DNA of 64,000 nucleotides, taken from positions 179,002 through 243,001 of the forward strand of contig JAUIET010000007.1 in assembly GCA_030429735.1 (NCBI GenBank). The letters run 5' to 3'. Under the pieces are notes generated by a model, which made no database searches, was not told the DNA's origin, and saw only the letters and a list, made by a program, of their open reading frames with translations. The DNA is from Gammaproteobacteria bacterium. Its GTDB lineage: Bacteria > Pseudomonadota > Gammaproteobacteria > Pseudomonadales > JAUIET01. The position numbers and the translations under genes were made by a program. The first letter of the stretch is position 1, and each line of letters starts with the position of its first letter. Shown piece by piece: positions 58,894 through 64,000 of this stretch.

Positions 58894-59718
58894 TTAGCCA
58901 AACTCTTTGGCCATGTCTTCTGCGCGTTGCCGCGCAGCGTGCAGAGCAGTTGCGAACAACTCATGCAGACCGCCCGCCTCGAACTGTTCCAGTGCAGCTA
59001 ACGTCGTTCCGCCAGGTGAGCTGACCCGGCGCCTGAGCTCGCCGACATCAACATCACTGGTGCTGGCCATTTGCGCCGCACCCAGTGCCGTCTGGTGCAC
59101 AAAACGTTCTGCCATATCCGCATCCAGCCCCATATCAGTAGCAATGGACTGCATGGCTTCCATGATCGCAAAGAAATACGCCGGCCCACTCCCGGATATC
59201 GCGGTCACTGCATCAAGTAGCGATTCCTCCTCCACCCAGGCTGTGATGCCTATCGCCGCTGCAATGGATTCAGCATCCTTACGTTGCATCGCACTGACGT
59301 GCGAGTTGGCGAACAGAGCGGTTGATCCACACTGTACCAGTGCCGGTGTGTTAGGCATACTGCGAACAATCGGCTGCGGGCCGTCCAGCCAGGATTCCAT
59401 GCTTGAAACACTGATGCCGGCCACAATAGATAACAATAGCGGAGAACGTTCGCTGATGCTGTCGCGTATTTCGCCAATGGCTGTTTTCAGAACTTGTGGC
59501 TTCACCGCCAATACCACTACATCGGCACCGCTGACCGCTGATCTATTGTCAGTGGCGCTTTCAATGCTGTGCTGCGTGCGCAGATTATCCAGGCTTGGCT
59601 GATAGGGGTCGGCTGCCACAATCTGGCTTGGACTCATGCCCTTGGCGCACAGGCCGCCAATTATGGCATTGGCCATATTACCGGCGCCTATGAATGCAAT
59701 ACGAGGTTTGTTTGCCAC
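58894..59718 (-). CDS. proC: pyrroline-5-carboxylate reductase
   Basis: 'IAFIGAGNMANAIIGGL' and 'VSSPGGTTLAALEQFE'. Confidence 0.93.
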   Translation of the reverse strand: MANKPRIAFIGAGNMANAIIGGLCAKGMSPSQIVAADPYQPSLDNLRTQHSIESATDNRSAVSGADVVVLAVKPQVLKTAIGEIRDSISERSPLLLSIVAGISVSSMESWLDGPQPIVRSMPNTPALVQCGSTALFANSHVSAMQRKDAESIAAAIGITAWVEEESLLDAVTAISGSGPAYFFAIMEAMQSIATDMGLDADMAERFVHQTALGAAQMASTSDVDVGELRRRVSSPGGTTLAALEQFEAGGLHELFATALHAARQRAEDMAKEFG

Positions 59719-59738
59719 AATAAAACCCGTTTCCTGTT

Positions 59739-60452
59739 TTATGAGTTCGGGCGCGGCCCAAACAGGGCCTCGCCAACGCGCAGCATTGTAGCACCGGCTT
59801 GAATTGCAATCTCCAGGTCTCGTGACATCCCCATCGACAAAGTATCGAACGAAGCGACGCCATTCAGGCTATTGAACAAGGTCTGCATTTTCAGCATGGA
59901 AGCAAGCTGTTGCTGCGGCGTAGCGCTGGCGCTGGGAATGGCCATCAGGCCACGCAGCGACAAGCCCGCAAGCCCTTTGGTCTGTTCAAATGCGTCAGGT
60001 ACCTGCTCTGCGGCAAAGCCACTTTTGCTTTCTTCATTATCGATATTAACCTGCAGGCAGATGTTCAGGGCGGGCATGCCAACCGGTCGCTGTTCAGACA
60101 AGCGTGTGGCAAGTTGAATACGGTCTACGCTGTGCACCCAGTCAAAGTGCTCTGCCAGTGCCCTGGTTTTATTCTTCTGGATGTGACCTATAAAATGCCA
60201 GTGTATGGCCAGGTCACGGGTTTGAGCTTGCTTTTCCAGCGCTTCCTGCAGGTAATTTTCGGCAAAATGCCGTTGGCCCAACGCATAGAGGGCCTTGATC
60301 TTATCCACCGAGTGGCGCTTGCTAACCGCAATCAATTGCACATTATTTGGGCTAATTGATGCTGAATTGCACGCATTTTCTATGCGCGTTCGAAGTTTTT
60401 TGAAATTGTCTTCCAGCGTAAGCATAGGCAGGCGGATAATCGAAGAGTCCAC
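59739..60452 (-). CDS. yggS: YggS-family pyridoxal phosphate homeostasis protein
   Basis: 'LIAVSKRHSVDKI' (PLP Lys), 'WHFIGHIQKNK', 'LSMGMSRDLEIAIQAGATMLRVG'. ATG at 60425 is an alternative start. Confidence 0.9.
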   Translation of the reverse strand: MDSSIIRLPMLTLEDNFKKLRTRIENACNSASISPNNVQLIAVSKRHSVDKIKALYALGQRHFAENYLQEALEKQAQTRDLAIHWHFIGHIQKNKTRALAEHFDWVHSVDRIQLATRLSEQRPVGMPALNICLQVNIDNEESKSGFAAEQVPDAFEQTKGLAGLSLRGLMAIPSASATPQQQLASMLKMQTLFNSLNGVASFDTLSMGMSRDLEIAIQAGATMLRVGEALFGPRPNS

Positions 60453-60624
60453 GACAGAGGTGATTGGATGGGCTGATCACGTAGGCAAAAGTTACGCTAT
60501 GCGGCCACAGCAGAGGCTGAAATTATAGCCTAAGCTTTTAGTCGAACCACAACGTTTCCGATGGCGAACAAGCATACCGTTTTTTGGGGTATGCCGACGC
60601 TCAATACAAAGTGATAGGACTCAT

Positions 60625-61659
60625 ATGGATATTACTGAACTGTTGGCTTTCAGCGCAAAGCAGGGGGCATCTGACTTGCACTTGTCGGCGGGTTTGCCAC
60701 CAATGATTCGTGTCGATGGCGATGTTCGTCGAATCAATCTTCCGGCTATGGATCACTCTGAAGTTCATGCACTGATTTATGAAATCATGAACGACAAGCA
60801 ACGTAAGGATTTTGAAGAATTTCTCGAAACCGACTTTTCGTTTGAGGTTCCAGGCGTTGCACGTTTCCGTGTGAACGCATTTAACCAGAATCGCGGCGCT
60901 GGTGCGGTATTCAGAACCATTCCATCCAAGGTATTAACCATGGAAGAGCTGGGTATGGGCCAGGTGTTCCGTGATATCTCGCTGGTGCCACGTGGCCTGT
61001 GCCTGGTCACCGGTCCCACGGGTTCGGGTAAATCCACAACGCTGGCGGCGATGATGGATTTTATTAATGAAAACAAATACGAGCACATTCTTACCATTGA
61101 AGACCCTATCGAATTTGTGCACGAAAGCAAAAAATGCCTGGTTAACCAGCGCGAAGTGCATCGTGATACCCACGGGTTTAGCGAAGCACTGCGGTCCGCA
61201 TTGCGTGAAGACCCCGACATCATTCTTGTCGGCGAATTGCGCGACCTGGAGACTATTCGTCTGGCACTGACAGCGGCTGAAACAGGCCACCTGGTGTTTG
61301 GCACCTTGCATACCACGTCAGCGGCAAAAACCATTGACCGTGTGGTTGACGTATTCCCCGCATCTGAGAAAGCTATGGTGCGTTCCATGTTGTCAGAATC
61401 ATTGCAGGCTGTTGTTTCACAAACCTTGCTGAAGAAAAGCGGTGGCGGGCGAATTGCCGCGCATGAAATTATGATTGGTACATCAGCCATCCGAAACCTG
61501 ATTCGCGAAGACAAAGTGGCCCAAATGTACTCGGCCATTCAAACCGGTGGCTCGGTCGGTATGCAAACCATGGATCAGTGCTTGATGGATATGGTCGACA
61601 AACGATTGATCAGTCGTGATGCGGCTAGAGAAAAAGCCAAGACACCAGAGAATTTTTAG
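60625..61659 (+). CDS. pilT: type IV pilus twitching motility ATPase PilT
   Basis: 'ASDLHLSAGLPPMIRVDG', Walker A 'GPTGSGKSTTLAAM', 'AHEIMIGTSAIRNLIRE' (AIRNLIRE motif). Confidence 0.93.
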   Translation: MDITELLAFSAKQGASDLHLSAGLPPMIRVDGDVRRINLPAMDHSEVHALIYEIMNDKQRKDFEEFLETDFSFEVPGVARFRVNAFNQNRGAGAVFRTIPSKVLTMEELGMGQVFRDISLVPRGLCLVTGPTGSGKSTTLAAMMDFINENKYEHILTIEDPIEFVHESKKCLVNQREVHRDTHGFSEALRSALREDPDIILVGELRDLETIRLALTAAETGHLVFGTLHTTSAAKTIDRVVDVFPASEKAMVRSMLSESLQAVVSQTLLKKSGGGRIAAHEIMIGTSAIRNLIREDKVAQMYSAIQTGGSVGMQTMDQCLMDMVDKRLISRDAAREKAKTPENF

Positions 61660-61706
61660 TAACACCGTATCGGGCGACGGCTCATACATAAGCAGAGGGC
61701 ACCCTA

Positions 61707-62894
61707 GTGCAAATTGATAAACTCCTGACACTGATGGTTGAGAAAGGCGCTTCAGACCTTTTTATAACAGCCGGTGTACCACCGAGCATGAAGATCAATG
61801 GCCGGGTTATGCCAGTGACAACCACACCGCTGAGCCCTGAAAAAACGCGCGAAACCGTGTTGGGTGTGATGAACGAGCGACAACGGCGTGACTTTGCCGA
61901 GGAGCGCGAATGTAACTTCGCCATCAGTGCGCGAGGTACAGGTCGTTTTCGAGTCAGTGCATTTTATCAGCGCAATCTGGTGGGTATGGTTCTACGGCGC
62001 ATCGAAACCAACATCCCAACCATTGAAGATTTGCGGTTGCCAGACGTGATTAAAGACCTGGCAATGACCAAGCGCGGCTTGATCATTTTTGTAGGTGCAA
62101 CAGGTACTGGTAAATCAACATCGCTGGCGGCGATGATCGGTCATCGCAATCGTAATTCCACCGGTCACATCATTAGTGTTGAAGATCCGATTGAATACAT
62201 ACACCAGCACGCGTCCTGTATTGTCACTCAACGTGAAGTTGGTATTGATTGTGAATCCTTTGAGGTGGCATTGAAAAACATGCTGCGACAGGCGCCGGAT
62301 GTAATCATGATTGGCGAGGTGCGCACGCTGGAGACTATGGAGCAGGCGATTACGTTTGCCGAGACAGGCCACCTGTGCCTGTGCACACTGCACGCCAACA
62401 ATGCGAACCAGGCGTTGGATAGAATTTTGCATTTTTTCCCGCCCGAGCGTCACAATCAGCTTTGGATGGACCTGTCATTAAACCTGAAGGGCATGGTAGC
62501 GCAGCAGCTTATCGCAACCGCTGATGGCAATGGTCGCCGTGCTGTGGTTGAGGTGCTGCTAAACACGCCACTCGCGCAGGATATGATCCGAAAAGGCGAA
62601 GTGCACCAGCTGAAAGAGCTGATGAAGAAATCCAATGAACATGGCATGCAAACCTTTGACCAGGCCTTGTACGAATTGTATACGGCAGGTGAAATCACCT
62701 ACGAAGATGCACTGGCCCACGCCGATTCGGCCAACGATTTGCGGTTGATGATCAAGCTCGGCGACGACAAATCCGGTGCCCGAGGGGCAAGCGCCGGCAT
62801 CGAAGCCGACCTGGGCGTTGCCAGCAATTCTCCGTCGCGTGGTCTGAGCATGCAAGAGCAGCCCACAGGTGGTCCGCAGATACGTCGGCGATAG
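61707..62894 (+). CDS. pilU: type IV pilus ATPase PilU
   Basis: PilT paralogue directly downstream: 'GASDLFITAGVPPSMKING', 'GATGTGKSTSLAAM'. It has a longer C-terminal tail. GTG start. Confidence 0.88.
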   Translation: MQIDKLLTLMVEKGASDLFITAGVPPSMKINGRVMPVTTTPLSPEKTRETVLGVMNERQRRDFAEERECNFAISARGTGRFRVSAFYQRNLVGMVLRRIETNIPTIEDLRLPDVIKDLAMTKRGLIIFVGATGTGKSTSLAAMIGHRNRNSTGHIISVEDPIEYIHQHASCIVTQREVGIDCESFEVALKNMLRQAPDVIMIGEVRTLETMEQAITFAETGHLCLCTLHANNANQALDRILHFFPPERHNQLWMDLSLNLKGMVAQQLIATADGNGRRAVVEVLLNTPLAQDMIRKGEVHQLKELMKKSNEHGMQTFDQALYELYTAGEITYEDALAHADSANDLRLMIKLGDDKSGARGASAGIEADLGVASNSPSRGLSMQEQPTGGPQIRRR

Positions 62895-62896
62895 GC

Positions 62897-63340
62897 TTAG
62901 CTGTTCGCGGATATCCAGCGATCCAGAATCACTTTGGCCGCCAGGCTGTCGGCTGGCGTTTGCACATAATTGGCGCGGCCTCCGTGGTTTGACATAAGCT
63001 CCTTGGCTTCATGGCTGCTCAGTCGTTCGTCTTGAAGAGCAATAACAAACCCGTATCGCGCTGAGAAACGGCCTTCCAATTGGCGCGCGAAACGCTTTAC
63101 GCGACTGTCCAGTTCACCCGGCGAGCCGTCCATATTCAGCGGCAGGCCTACAACACATACGTCAGGCTGCCACTCTTTGATCACCGACTCCAGTGCCTGC
63201 CAATCGGGCGTGTCGCCGCGAGACCGCAACACGCACAAAGGTGTGGCAAAACTCATAGGTGCGCTTACCACGGCGATACCAATCTGGCGCAGACCAAAGT
63301 CAAAGCCCAGTATGGTTTTTTGCGCGCCCAAGCTGTTCAC
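62897..63340 (-). CDS. ruvX: Holliday junction resolvase-like pre-16S rRNA nuclease RuvX (YqgF)
   Basis: 'ILGFDFGLRQIGIAV', 'VVGLPLNMDGSPGE', 'QDERLSSHEA'. Confidence 0.9.
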   Translation of the reverse strand: MNSLGAQKTILGFDFGLRQIGIAVVSAPMSFATPLCVLRSRGDTPDWQALESVIKEWQPDVCVVGLPLNMDGSPGELDSRVKRFARQLEGRFSARYGFVIALQDERLSSHEAKELMSNHGGRANYVQTPADSLAAKVILDRWISANS

Positions 63341-63897
63341 GCGTGACCGGCATCAACCCCAAGCATGCTTAAATCGAAGCCCAAATTTCTGGCGGCCAGT
63401 TCAGTGCGTTTCTCCAGAGGCGTATCGAACATGATACCGGCATCAGCTTCCAGTGTTAGCCAGGCATTTCGCGCTAACTCATCCTCAAGTTGACCCGGTG
63501 CCCAGCCCGCATAACCCAGCACAATCAGCGCCTCATCAGGACCCTGATCGGCGGCTAAAGAGCGCAATATATCAAGCGATGTACTTATACAGACGTCGCC
63601 AACCTGCAGGGTTTCATCCCAGTTATTATCGCGGTGCAGAACAAAGCCCTGATGTGGAGAGACCGGCCCGCCGGCCAGCACAGCATCGGTTGCTTTGCGG
63701 CCATTAGCAGGCAACTCAAGCTGCACGAATACTTCCTCTACCGTCATACCAATCGGCTTGTTCACCACCAGCCCGGCAGCGCCCTGCTCCGAATGTTCAA
63801 ACACAAAGGTCAGGCTGCTGGTAAATATGGAGTCTTGCAGGGCGGGCATGGCGAGCAGGAAATGATTCGCCAAGCTGTGAAATTCTGGAATGCTCAT
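63337..63897 (-). CDS. yqgE: YqgE/AlgH-family protein
   Basis: 'HFLLAMPALQDSIFTSSLTFVFEHSEQGAAGLVVNKP' and 'GYAGWAPGQLEDEL'. Overlaps the ruvX start. Confidence 0.88.
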   Translation of the reverse strand: MSIPEFHSLANHFLLAMPALQDSIFTSSLTFVFEHSEQGAAGLVVNKPIGMTVEEVFVQLELPANGRKATDAVLAGGPVSPHQGFVLHRDNNWDETLQVGDVCISTSLDILRSLAADQGPDEALIVLGYAGWAPGQLEDELARNAWLTLEADAGIMFDTPLEKRTELAARNLGFDLSMLGVDAGHA

Positions 63898-64000
63898 ACC
63901 CCATTATTCGTGGTCCTTGGCGATGTATCAAGGTATAGATGATCATCTGTTCCAACTTCTACTACTACCACAACACTCAGGCCATTATAATCCCCGCCTT

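Noticed and set aside
63898-64000. Possible partial gene at the window end
   Set aside because: No ORF of meaningful length and no recognisable motif occurs in the last 100 nt. It is treated as intergenic sequence upstream of yqgE.

Overview
This window is a gammaproteobacterial chromosome segment, mid-50s % GC by eye. Its gene order resembles Pseudomonas and marine Cellvibrionales/Oceanospirillales. All family assignments come from reading the supplied translations against remembered motifs; no search was run.

Most of the window is a conserved housekeeping backbone:
- ubiA, recG, ridA-spoT-rpoZ-gmk, rph-crc-pyrE, slmA, argB-algC-coaBC/radC
- rpmB-rpmG-mutM, coaD, rsmD, ftsYEX-rpoH, trmB
- hemW-rdgB-DUF4426-metW-metX, yggT-proC-yggS, pilT-pilU, ruvX-yqgE

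The accessory part is a block of about 20 kb (26.1-46.4 kb) lying between radC and rpmB, which are normally adjacent. It contains:
1. A single 3868-aa ORF for a Sec-signal, adhesin-like RHS/YD-repeat polymorphic toxin. Its roughly 190-aa C-terminal domain after the DPLGL motif matches no toxin family I recognise. A 154-aa putative immunity ORF overlaps its stop codon by 1 nt.
2. A 315-aa Y1/HUH (RAYT/IS200-like) transposase with intact HYH and Y-x3-NPVRA motifs. It is flanked by oppositely oriented arrays of a GGACAGGC-core repeat.
3. AsmA-like and KefB-like membrane proteins.
4. A two-gene operon encoding an IDO/PrnB-like protein and a kynureninase-like protein.

A second array of at least 8 direct copies of the same repeat core fills the rsmD-coaD spacer 9 kb away and supplies the last codons and the stop codon of rsmD.

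Other oddities:
- AlgC carries a roughly 400-aa two-TM, sensor-like N-terminal extension.
- Rubredoxin is fused to rubredoxin reductase.
- RpoZ has a long C-terminal tail.
- There is a membrane-anchored di-heme CCP/MauG-like protein.

I found no rRNA genes, tRNA genes or CRISPR arrays.
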